This document shows positions 38,858 through 47,686 of a stretch of DNA of 64,000 nucleotides, in pieces; position 1 is the stretch's first letter; every line of letters begins with the position of its first letter. The DNA is taken from the IMG/VR virus record IMGVR_UViG_643348564_000003, positions 798 to 64,797 of that record. One strand, written 5' to 3'. The notes under the pieces are model-generated. The model was not told where the DNA came from and searched no databases. It was given only the letters and a program-made list of their open reading frames with translations. Position numbers and translations under genes: made by a program. This DNA comes from a virus.

Positions 38858-41800
38858 ATGCGCAAAACACATGCATTGCTGCTTGCCTTGGGGCTCATTG
38901 GCCAATCGAGCTCGACAGCTCTTGCGTTAGATGCGGCCGGCTACAATACTCGCGGGTACAGCTTTCAGAACAAGGGTGAGTACGATCGGGCGATCGCCGA
39001 CTACAATCAAGCCTTACGGCTCGACCCCAAATTGACCGCCGCTTACGTCAATCGTGGGTTCACCTTCCGAAGCAAGGGTGAGTACGATCGGGCGATCGCC
39101 GACTACAATCAAGCCTTACGGCTCGACCCCAGGTCTGTAATCGCTTACAATAATCGCGGCGACGCCTTCTACCACAAAGGCGACTATGAGCGAGCGATCG
39201 CAGATTATAACCGAGCTTTACAGTTGGACCCCAAGCATCCGATCGTCTACAACAATCGCGGGTTCGCCTTTCACGGCAAAGGAGAGTACGACAGAGCAAT
39301 TGCAGACTACAATCAAGCCCTGCAGCTTGATCCTAATTACACATTTGCATACAATAATCGCGGATTTGCATTTCAGGGCAAGGGTGAATACGATCGAGCT
39401 ATTGCAGACTACAGCCAAGCCCTGCGTCTCGACCCCAAATACGCAATCGCCTACACCAATCGTGGGGACGTTTTTCGGAGCAAAGGTGAGTACAACCGGG
39501 CGATCGCCGACTATAATCAAGCCCTACAGTTCGATCCTAAGCCCATAATCGCTTACAACAATCGCGGTCTCGCCTTTCAGAATATGGGCGAATACGATCG
39601 AGCAATTTCGGATTACACTGAAGCCTTACGGCTCGAACCTAAATACGTGATTGCCGTTGTCAATCGTGCAGATGCCTTTCGGATCAAGGGTGAGTACGAT
39701 CGCGCAATAGTTGACTACGACCAAGCCCTCCATCTTAACCCAAATTACGCTATAGCCTACAACAATCGAGGATTGGCCTTTCAGAACAAGGGTGAATACG
39801 ATCGAGCTATTGCAGACTACAGCCAAGCCCTGCGTCTCGATCCCAAATACGTAATCGCCTTTGTCAATCGCGGGGACGCCTTTCGAAACAAAGGTGAAAA
39901 TGACGTCGCGATCGCTGACTACAATCAAGCCCTCCGTCTAAATCCAAGTTACAGTACTGCCTACAACACTCGCGGGCTGGCTTTTCAGAACAAGGGCGAG
40001 TACGATCGAGCGATTGCAGATTATGAACAGGCCATCCGGCTCGATCCCAAGTCGGCGATCGCCTACAACAATCGTGGGTTCGCCCTCCAAAGCAAAGGTG
40101 AGTACGATAGAGCAATCACAGACTACAATCAAGCCTTACAGCTCAATCCCAAGTCCGCGATAACCTACACCAATCGCGGGTTCGTCTTCCAGAGCAAGGG
40201 TGAATACGATCGAGCAATTGCAGACTATGATCTCGCCTTGCAGTTCGATCCAAAGTACGCGATCGCCTACACCAATCGTGGGGATGTTTTTCGGAGCAAA
40301 GGTGAGTACGATCGAGCAATTGCAAACTATGATCAAGCCATCCAGCTCAATCCAAAATACGTAGTAGCTTACAACAATCGTGGGCTAGCCCTCCAAAATA
40401 AGGGTGAGCCCGACCGGGCGATTGCAAATTACGACCAAGCCCTTCAGCTTAATCCCAGATACATAGTCGCCTACATCAATCGTGGGGATGCCTTTCGCAG
40501 CAAAGGTGAGTGCGATCGGGCGGTCTCCGATTATAATCAAGGTCTCGAACTTGACCACAATAACGTGCTTGCCTACAACAATCGTGGACTATGCTTCCAA
40601 AACAGAGGGGAGTACGACCTGGCAATCGCAGATTACGATCATGCCCTGCAGATTGACCCCAAGTACGCAACCGCCTTTGTCAATCGGGGATTTGCGTTCC
40701 AGAAGAAGAGTGAATACGATCGGGCAATCGCAGATTATGATCGCGCCTTGCAACTCGATCCCAAATCTGCAGTCGCCTACAACAATCGCGGGTTCGCCTT
40801 CCAAAGCAAGGGTGCGTATGACCTCGCAATTGCGGATTACGATCATGCGTTGCTGCTTAAACCTGGGTTAGCAAACGCATATTATCATCGTGGAACGGTT
40901 TTCAGCTTTAAAGGCAACCTTGATCACAGTATCTCTGATTTGAGTGAGGCCATACGGCTTAATCCCAAGTACGCCGAGGCTTATCAAGATCGGGGCATCA
41001 CGTACCAGGCCAGAGGGGAACCGGACCGGGCTCTTGCAGATTTCGCTGAGGCTGCACGGCTGAAGCCTGAGCTTGAGGACGATGCAGCCTTTCTCACGGC
41101 CCGCCGCGAGGCGCAGGCAGCTCAAACTAGCCGGACCGCAGCCGCCGTAGTTGTTACAGCCGTCCAGACCTCGCCGGTCGTGTCTCCGCCCACGATGTCG
41201 GTCATCACACCACTTTCCGAGAGGCGGGTCGCGCTGGTGATTGGCAACGGTGCGTATACCTCCGTCGCCGCACTCGACAATCCGACGCGAGACGCCAGCG
41301 CTATCGCGCGCTCTTTGCGTCAAGCTGGCTTCAAGAGCGTTCGTTTGGAAAATGACCTCCGCTATGATGATCTGCGGCGAGCTCTGAACAGCTTCTCGGC
41401 CGAGGCTGACCAGGCTGATTGGGCCGTGGTCTATTACGCTGGGCACGGCATTGAAGTCGGGGGCACTAACTACCTTGTGCCTGTCGATGCCCAGCTGAAG
41501 ACGGACCGGGCCGTGCAGTTCGAAGCGGTTCCACTTGATCAAGTGCTGGGCAGCATCGAAGGCGCACGTAAGCTCCGTCTTGTGATCTTGGATGCCTGTC
41601 GTGACAATCCGTTCCTGCAGCAGATGACGCGCACAGTTTCGTCACGATCAGTGGGGCGCGGCTTGGCGAAGATCGAGCCAGAGACAAGTGGCACACTGGT
41701 GGCTTTTGCAGCCAAGCACGGCCAAGTTGCACTAGATGTGCAGGATGGTCAGGCAAATAGCCCTTTCGCAACGGCCTTGATCAAGAACATTGCAAAACCT

Positions 41801-41926
41801 GACACTGAGATCCGAAAGATGTTTGGGTTAGTACACGATGATGTCATGGCAAGCACAGGTCGCAAGCAGGAGCCTTTCGTTTATGGTGCCCTCGGAGGTG
41901 AGGATTACTTTTTCAGTATGCGCTAA
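38858..41926 (+). CDS. Exported TPR-repeat protein with C-terminal caspase-like (peptidase C14) domain
   Basis: Signal peptide, 21 TPRs, RRVALVIGNGAY, YYAGHG (His) and ILDACRDNPF (Cys). Confidence 0.93.
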   Translation: MRKTHALLLALGLIGQSSSTALALDAAGYNTRGYSFQNKGEYDRAIADYNQALRLDPKLTAAYVNRGFTFRSKGEYDRAIADYNQALRLDPRSVIAYNNRGDAFYHKGDYERAIADYNRALQLDPKHPIVYNNRGFAFHGKGEYDRAIADYNQALQLDPNYTFAYNNRGFAFQGKGEYDRAIADYSQALRLDPKYAIAYTNRGDVFRSKGEYNRAIADYNQALQFDPKPIIAYNNRGLAFQNMGEYDRAISDYTEALRLEPKYVIAVVNRADAFRIKGEYDRAIVDYDQALHLNPNYAIAYNNRGLAFQNKGEYDRAIADYSQALRLDPKYVIAFVNRGDAFRNKGENDVAIADYNQALRLNPSYSTAYNTRGLAFQNKGEYDRAIADYEQAIRLDPKSAIAYNNRGFALQSKGEYDRAITDYNQALQLNPKSAITYTNRGFVFQSKGEYDRAIADYDLALQFDPKYAIAYTNRGDVFRSKGEYDRAIANYDQAIQLNPKYVVAYNNRGLALQNKGEPDRAIANYDQALQLNPRYIVAYINRGDAFRSKGECDRAVSDYNQGLELDHNNVLAYNNRGLCFQNRGEYDLAIADYDHALQIDPKYATAFVNRGFAFQKKSEYDRAIADYDRALQLDPKSAVAYNNRGFAFQSKGAYDLAIADYDHALLLKPGLANAYYHRGTVFSFKGNLDHSISDLSEAIRLNPKYAEAYQDRGITYQARGEPDRALADFAEAARLKPELEDDAAFLTARREAQAAQTSRTAAAVVVTAVQTSPVVSPPTMSVITPLSERRVALVIGNGAYTSVAALDNPTRDASAIARSLRQAGFKSVRLENDLRYDDLRRALNSFSAEADQADWAVVYYAGHGIEVGGTNYLVPVDAQLKTDRAVQFEAVPLDQVLGSIEGARKLRLVILDACRDNPFLQQMTRTVSSRSVGRGLAKIEPETSGTLVAFAAKHGQVALDVQDGQANSPFATALIKNIAKPDTEIRKMFGLVHDDVMASTGRKQEPFVYGALGGEDYFFSMR
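38933..41074 (+). repeat. 21 tandem 102-bp TPR coding units
   Basis: 34-aa period counted by eye; identical DNA runs of 53-59 nt between units. Confidence 0.9.
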
Positions 41927-41996
41927 CGTATGTGACGGCTGCCTCTGCCCGACCGCCGTCAGTTGATCTGCCGCTGTGGGCGCGGATCAGGTGCCG

Positions 41997-42380
41997 TCAT
42001 CTCCATGCGCAAATTTTTGCGGTTGAGTTGACCCAGCATGCGCTTCCTTCTCGCCTTAAGGTTCCGAGGCTATCATGAGCATGACTCCCTCCGTGTACTC
42101 CATTCCAGCTGCCTTCAGCTGTGCCGTCCTCGTTTTTGTTTATATATGCAAAGAAGCGCGAAGCGCGGCGGCGATCTCCGGTTCCGATTGAAAAACTTCC
42201 ATCTGAGCTAATCTCGATGTTGCACCTGCCGTTAAGATACTTCTTTCCCCCGATTTCAATTAAGCATCGGCCCTCTTCGGATTCGCTGAGGCAATGTCCC
42301 TCGGAGCGCAACGTACAGGTCGCCTCCGCTGGCGAGATTGCGATTAGCGAGAGGACGGAAGAAATAAGCATTACACGCAT
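41997..42380 (-). CDS. Secreted Cys-containing hypothetical protein
   Basis: Signal peptide ending PAEA; six Cys; GSWNG...SHAH...LGTL motif. Confidence 0.75.
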   Translation of the reverse strand: MRVMLISSVLSLIAISPAEATCTLRSEGHCLSESEEGRCLIEIGGKKYLNGRCNIEISSDGSFSIGTGDRRRASRFFAYINKNEDGTAEGSWNGVHGGSHAHDSLGTLRREGSACWVNSTAKICAWR

Positions 42381-42581
42381 TTGTAATTCTCCTCAGTCTG
42401 AGCAAATTGCCCACCCAGGACAATGTTATGTTCAAAGGGCACCCGCTCGTAATCATGCTGTCTTGTCCCGAATACAACTACTCGACTATATCAAGAACAG
42501 ACAAGAACAGCAAAAATCCACATGAAAACATTCGCCGGTTCAAATCTACCGTAACCGCTTTGCCCTAAGCAAACAGCACAA

Positions 42582-43073
42582 TTAGTCTCTCAAGCCTAGC
42601 ATACGGCGGAGTCCCTGCGCTTGGTTGGATGTGACATCGTAAATGCGCCAGCCATCTGGAGCGCGCTTCAGACGGTATGTGACATGCGTGGGTTTGCTGA
42701 AGTTGCGGAGATTCGCTTGGACGACTGCGTATTCGCCCATCATTTTGCTCCGTTCGATCGACAGCTTTGAAACGTTTGCGTCCTGGGCGCCGATGAACGG
42801 ATCAACATCAATGACATTGTCGCCGTTTGATGCACTGGCGAGATCTTTGAGCCATGCCCTTGCAAGCTCTGGCTCGAAGAAATGGTTCGCAGCCGCGCTG
42901 TCCAAGCGAAGTGAAAGCAAATTTGGCCTTTTGCTTGAACCCTGATATTGGGCGTAGACCGCTTGAACGGCAGCTTCCGGCGTCGCAAACTGAGCCTGTA
43001 CGGCAGTCGATACTTCGAACGATATGATACCTGTTGCGAATACGAATAGCAGCAGTCGCATGAGGGCAGCCAT
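42582..43073 (-). CDS. Exported DUF3828/YbjP-like protein
   Basis: Signal peptide; TPEAAVQAVYAQY, DVDPFIGAQD and GWRIYDV motifs. Confidence 0.72.
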   Translation of the reverse strand: MAALMRLLLFVFATGIISFEVSTAVQAQFATPEAAVQAVYAQYQGSSKRPNLLSLRLDSAAANHFFEPELARAWLKDLASASNGDNVIDVDPFIGAQDANVSKLSIERSKMMGEYAVVQANLRNFSKPTHVTYRLKRAPDGWRIYDVTSNQAQGLRRMLGLRD

Positions 43074-43290
43074 ATTAAGCTCCTCAAATTTTTGCTCCGT
43101 CGGCAGGACGGCAGCCTCGCTAAACAAGCAGCGGGCTCTCAGGACCAGTTTAGCAAAAAGCCCCGGCGGAAGACATAGCTCCGCAATCCCTGACATCATT
43201 TACCGCAAAAGCGTTCAATATCAATAGGTTATAAATCTTTATGACACGGTAGTACCGGAAAGCAGTGTGGTGATCCGCGCAGCGCGTGCG

Positions 43291-43359
43291 GAATCCCCCG
43301 TTGAGGGTGCACCGAGTCGTTCTCCGTGCAGGATCCCCCATCGAGGGTGCACCGAGTCG
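43291..43359. repeat. Two-copy tandem repeat, 40-bp period
   Basis: G(A/G)ATCCCCC(G/A)T(T/C)GAGGGTGCACCGAGTCG at 43291 and 43331. Confidence 0.8.
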
Positions 43360-43493
43360 GTCCAAATCATTGACACCGGAGAGATCTTCGCCATACTTGG
43401 AGCAATAGTCTTTCCTGACGCCTTGATTTGCCACCCCCGAGCGAGGCTGGCGGTCGAGATCGCCCGGAGATTGAGTCTGGTCAGGAGGTATTC

Positions 43494-43769
43494 ATGGCGC
43501 ATCATGGCCAATGGATGCTTGCAGCGGCTGTGACTGGCTTCGTGCTGTGCAGCCCGTCCAGCGGATGGAGCGCGCCGGTCCAGGGCGCGGCGATCCTCGG
43601 CTCTCTGCAGGAGAACCCGCTGGTGCAGGATGCGCGGGTCTTCTGCTACAACCGACGAACCGGACGCTTCCTCCACTGGGGGTATTGCCGCCGCGTGTCG
43701 CGGCCGCGGGTCTACTGCATGAACCGGCGGACGGGCCGCTTCCTCCATTGGGGAAGCTGCTGGCGCTAA
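43494..43769 (+). CDS. Small secreted protein with duplicated Cys motif
   Basis: AGGAGG RBS; signal peptide; CYNRRTGRFLHWGYC / CMNRRTGRFLHWGSC. Confidence 0.8.
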   Translation: MAHHGQWMLAAAVTGFVLCSPSSGWSAPVQGAAILGSLQENPLVQDARVFCYNRRTGRFLHWGYCRRVSRPRVYCMNRRTGRFLHWGSCWR

Positions 43770-43946
43770 CCCTCCTCAGCCCTCTACCACCAGCTCAAGC
43801 CGGCGGTTCACCGAGGTGAAGCGCAAACGCCAAGCTAACTACACGGCTTTCAACAGGGGCAGCTATATGAGCAGGAGTGGTCGTTCTCGCTGTGTTGGTC
43901 GAACTTCCGCTCCTGCCGGATGTTGTTGAAAAACTCACTTCGGCGC

Positions 43947-44633
43947 TCATTGGCGGATCTCAGCATACAAAGGGTTAGGTCTGCGCGTCGCGCCAGCTGT
44001 TACATATAGAGGCCCCGAAGGCCCTCTGCGTACCAAGTCGCCAACCTCGCAGAAGTCCAGGCGCTGCCCCTCCAGAATGCGCGCGGCCGCAGCCGGGAAC
44101 TGCCCGACCGGCTCCGTGCCCGCATAGAGCACCGCCACGAGCTCGGCGCCGACCTTGTCCGAGAACCGCTGCAGCTGCTCAGGCCCGAACGGCCCCATCA
44201 CGCGGTAGAAGGGGCGTTCCGCCTCGCCCTGCTGCCGGACCCGGACGAGGCGGCCCTCGTCCTCTAGCGCGAACACGCGGGGCGGCAGGCTCGCCATGAC
44301 GCGGTCGTGGTAGGCCCAGAGCGCCGCGCGCCCGTCCATGCCACGATCCGCCCCGACGAACAGATAGCCCGGGACGGCGCGGCGGCGCGTCTCCCGGTAC
44401 CGACCGCGATGCTCGATTACGGCGCTGCTGGCGGGCACGCAGGTCGCAAAGCCTGCCGTCTCCAGCCCCTCGCGGATCTTCCGCTCGCGGGTGGGGTCGA
44501 TCCGAACGACGTACCAGCGGCGGTCTCCATCGACCACGACCCGCAGCCGATGCAGCCGCACGTGGTGTGTCGGGGTGACCTTCGCGTCGAAGATCTTGGT
44601 GCGGTTGCGGCGGCGGTTCCGCTTCCGGGCCAT
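43947..44633 (-). CDS. NusG-family paralog, putative late antiterminator
   Basis: WYVVRIDPTRERKI and AVPGYLFVG NGN-domain motifs; last gene of the replication operon. Confidence 0.82.
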   Translation of the reverse strand: MARKRNRRRNRTKIFDAKVTPTHHVRLHRLRVVVDGDRRWYVVRIDPTRERKIREGLETAGFATCVPASSAVIEHRGRYRETRRRAVPGYLFVGADRGMDGRAALWAYHDRVMASLPPRVFALEDEGRLVRVRQQGEAERPFYRVMGPFGPEQLQRFSDKVGAELVAVLYAGTEPVGQFPAAAARILEGQRLDFCEVGDLVRRGPSGPLYVTAGATRRPNPLYAEIRQ

Positions 44634-44720
44634 GCTCGCTGGGCTCCTCGGTAGGCGACAGGGAGACGATCGCCGGCGGCCGGAACAGGCCCGGCCGCCG
44701 GCAGGATCAAGCGCCGGTCT

Positions 44721-45125
44721 TCAGGCCCGCAACCGGCCCAGCCCGGTCTTCTTCGCCAGCTCGGAGCGCTGCGCAGCGTAGTTTGCCGCCGTCATCGGGT
44801 AGTCGGGCGGCAGGCCCCACTTCGCCCGGTACTGCTCGGGCGTCAGCCCGCGCCCGGCAAGGTGCCGCTTGAGCGTCTTGTAGGGCTTGCCATCCTCCAG
44901 CGAGATGATCGCGTCCGGCGTCACGGTCTTGCGGATCGGCACGGGCGGGACGAGGGCCGGCACTTCGGGCTCGGCCGGCTGGCCCAGGCCTGCAAGGGCA
45001 CCGTGCAACGACGCGATGAGCACGGGCAGTTCCGCGGCAGGGACGGCGTTGTGGGCGACGTAGGCGCTGACGATGCGGCCGGTGAGGCCGGCGAGGTCGG
45101 GGGACTGGGTGTCGATCTCGGGCAT
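44721..45125 (-). CDS. mucR: Ros/MucR family transcriptional regulator (divergent third copy)
   Basis: IVSAYVAHN; PIRKTVTPDAIISLEDGKPYKTLKRHL; WGLPPDYPMTA. Confidence 0.93.
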   Translation of the reverse strand: MPEIDTQSPDLAGLTGRIVSAYVAHNAVPAAELPVLIASLHGALAGLGQPAEPEVPALVPPVPIRKTVTPDAIISLEDGKPYKTLKRHLAGRGLTPEQYRAKWGLPPDYPMTAANYAAQRSELAKKTGLGRLRA

Positions 45126-45194
45126 CGGGATCTCCTCTATGTCTCTGAACTACCAACTGTTCTTCATCTGGAACGGCGGTGGCGCACCAGTCCG

Positions 45195-45480
45195 GTCCTG
45201 GGGTTTCGGTGGGGTTTTGGGGGGTTAGGGTGGGGTTTTTTTTCGAGAAACCCCACACCAAAATCTGCTGATCTGTCAGAGACTTAGAGGTGTTTTGGGG
45301 GTTATTGGGGTTTTTTCTCATTCTTACGCGTGCGCAGGAAAGGTCGCGCGTGAAGATTGGCGAAAAAACCCCGAAAACCCCCAAATCGGCCATAAACCCC
45401 TGTCCCACCGTCAGATTTTCCGTGGGGTTTCCGGTGGGGTTACATTTTTCGAAACCCCACAAACCCCAGCAGAAACCCCA
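45195..45480. repeat. Putative replication origin with GGGGTT/AACCCC iterons
   Basis: About 14 copies in both orientations, non-coding, directly downstream of primase-like gene. Confidence 0.7.
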
Positions 45481-45491
45481 TTCGCGCGTGC

Positions 45492-47120
45492 TCACCTCCC
45501 TTCCTCCGGCGCCTTGCAGAGCGCGTAGCGGTTGCCCCGCTTCTCGTCGGCGACCATCTCGATGCGCATGCCGGCCACGACGCGACCGCGGACGCCCGTA
45601 AGCCAGCGGCCGAGGCTGCGGGTCGAGATCGCGGACCCCTTGCCGGCCTGGCGCATCAGCACCTCGCGCAAGGACGGCCGCAGCGGGTGCCCGTCGGTGC
45701 CGGTCTCCTGCGCGGCCGCGGCGATGTCGCCGGTGGCGTAGTAGGCGCCCTCGATGAGGTGCTCGCCCCAGGCCGTGATGAGCTCCGACAGCGCGGCGCG
45801 CTCGGGATCCTCGCCCCGCGCGATGTCCATGCTCGCGACCGGGTCGGCCTCGCCGAGCCACACCAGCGCGGAGCGGACCGTGTCCGACCACGCCCCGTAG
45901 GAGCCGATCGGGCCGCAGACCCGCGGCGCGCCGGCGGCGCGGTAGGCCCGGGCGATGGTGAGGGCGGCGGCCACGTAGGCGCCGCGGTCGGCCATCACGG
46001 CCTGCATCGGGTTCGACGCGAACTCGCGCTGCTCCGGCCGCTCCACGCCGGCGTCGAGCCGGCACAGCACGGCCCGCCGCGTCATGTCGCCGATCAAGGT
46101 CAAGTTGTTGCCGGTGGCGAACACCGCGGCCCGGCACTCGATCTCCGGCACCTCGGATCGGCCCAGGATGCGCACCCTGACCACCGGCCGTTCCGTCACT
46201 TGGCAGAGCGCGTCTCCGCCGAGTTCGCCGTTGACGTTGTCGAGCGAGATCAGGGGCGTACCGCTGAGAAGGAGTGCGCCGAGACGCTTCTCGGTCTCCT
46301 CCTCGGTGCGCCCGACCGCCATGACGGCACAGGGGCGCCCGGTGACGATGGCGGCGATCAGATCGACGAGATACGACTTGCCGGTGCCCGCGGAGGAGGC
46401 CCGGATCCCGTGACAGGGCGCCGAGGGCAGCGTGGGCCGCAGCACCGCGGTCAGGATGCCGGACAGTGCCACGGCGCGATCCACGGGCCCGACGAAGGGA
46501 AATTCCTGCAGGGGCCCCAGCAGAAGCGCGAGCGCGGCCTGCGCCTCGGCGCGACTCGGCCGCTCCGGGATCGCCGGCATGACCACGGCCTCGTCCGGCA
46601 TCAGGAAGAGCCGGGTCGCGGGGTCGTAGCCGGGCTCGTCGAGGAGCGAGCCGTCGGGCCGCAGGGTCGGAATCGTGGTGATGCCGGAGATCGGCGGAAG
46701 CCGCCACCGGCCCTCGCGCGACAGCAGGATCGCCACGGCCTTGTCGGGCGGATCGATGTTCACCCAGCGCTGGGCGCGCCCGTCGAAGCGCTGGAACTTG
46801 GCGACCTGGGCCAGGATGTCGGCCAGGGAATCTGCGGTCAGGGATTTCAGCTTGGCGACGAGGGCGAGGCCGCCGTTGGCGGTCGGGGTCGGCTCCACGA
46901 CCGGCCGCACCAGCGCGCCGGCGCGGGCGAACACCGCGGCCCCGCTCTCGATCAGGGCGTCCTCGGCCTCGTCGACGACCCGCGGCAGCTCGGAGGCCAC
47001 CACCTTGATCACCGGCAGGAGACCCGACGATCCCGACGCGCCGCCGGCACCCTGGGCACCGGCATCACGAAGCCGTTTAGCCCGGCGGGCCTGATCGAGG
47101 TCGATCGGCGCCGTCATCAT
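45492..47120 (-). CDS. Replication protein with P-loop (primase-associated helicase-like)
   Basis: SSAGTGKS Walker A, ISLDNV Walker B, ATGNN sensor. Confidence 0.8.
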   Translation of the reverse strand: MMTAPIDLDQARRAKRLRDAGAQGAGGASGSSGLLPVIKVVASELPRVVDEAEDALIESGAAVFARAGALVRPVVEPTPTANGGLALVAKLKSLTADSLADILAQVAKFQRFDGRAQRWVNIDPPDKAVAILLSREGRWRLPPISGITTIPTLRPDGSLLDEPGYDPATRLFLMPDEAVVMPAIPERPSRAEAQAALALLLGPLQEFPFVGPVDRAVALSGILTAVLRPTLPSAPCHGIRASSAGTGKSYLVDLIAAIVTGRPCAVMAVGRTEEETEKRLGALLLSGTPLISLDNVNGELGGDALCQVTERPVVRVRILGRSEVPEIECRAAVFATGNNLTLIGDMTRRAVLCRLDAGVERPEQREFASNPMQAVMADRGAYVAAALTIARAYRAAGAPRVCGPIGSYGAWSDTVRSALVWLGEADPVASMDIARGEDPERAALSELITAWGEHLIEGAYYATGDIAAAAQETGTDGHPLRPSLREVLMRQAGKGSAISTRSLGRWLTGVRGRVVAGMRIEMVADEKRGNRYALCKAPEEGR

Positions 47121-47686
47121 GGTGCCTCGACCAGGATGCGGGGCATCCTGACCTTCCTGAGCATCGCCTCCACGGCCTCGCCGTGGGCGATGTCCTGCGT
47201 CAGCAGCGTGCCGGCTCCCAGGAGCGCAGGCCGGGCAAGGGCGTCGTTGATCACCACCACGCCGCGCCAGCCCGCCGCCAGCCAGCCGACGGGGTCGCGG
47301 TGCACCACGAGCGGCTCCTTGTCCGCGAGCGGGCGCCACAGGCTGTCCTCGCCGAGCATGCCGACCGCGCCGAGCCACGTCGCGAGGCGGCCTGCGGCGG
47401 GATCCCAGGCCACGACGTCGACCAGCGCGCCGCCGGCGTCCCGGGCCGGGATCGTGTAGGCCTCGACCGCGCCCGGCCCTTCGCCGCCGTCGTGCCGCGC
47501 GAAGCCGAAGCGCTGTCGCTTCCCGAACACCACGAGGTCGCGCAGCACCAGGTCGACGCCATGCCGAGCGCAGGCGAGATGCCGGCCCTCGACGCCGCGG
47601 CGCCGGAACGCCGCGAAGTCGGCGCGCCCCAGCGGCAGCCCACGGGCCTGCTCCCGTTCCGGGTCGAGGGCGGGCCGCGCCCTCAT
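47117..47686 (-). CDS. Hypothetical replication protein (possible primase fragment)
   Basis: Coupled to helicase-like gene; LVVHRDPVGWLAAG motif. Confidence 0.6.
   Translation of the reverse strand: MRARPALDPEREQARGLPLGRADFAAFRRRGVEGRHLACARHGVDLVLRDLVVFGKRQRFGFARHDGGEGPGAVEAYTIPARDAGGALVDVVAWDPAAGRLATWLGAVGMLGEDSLWRPLADKEPLVVHRDPVGWLAAGWRGVVVINDALARPALLGAGTLLTQDIAHGEAVEAMLRKVRMPRILVEAP

Noticed and set aside
43308-43361. GCACCGAGTCGGT matches the 3' part of the S. pyogenes tracrRNA scaffold; two repeats suggest a mini-CRISPR
   Set aside because: Only a 13-nt match, two copies with an 11-nt gap, and no cas genes; a tandem duplication explains it.
28700-43950. tRNA or attachment site in the cargo region
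   Set aside because: No cloverleaf with a TTCGA arm and CCA end was found; the integrase position implies att sites outside the window.
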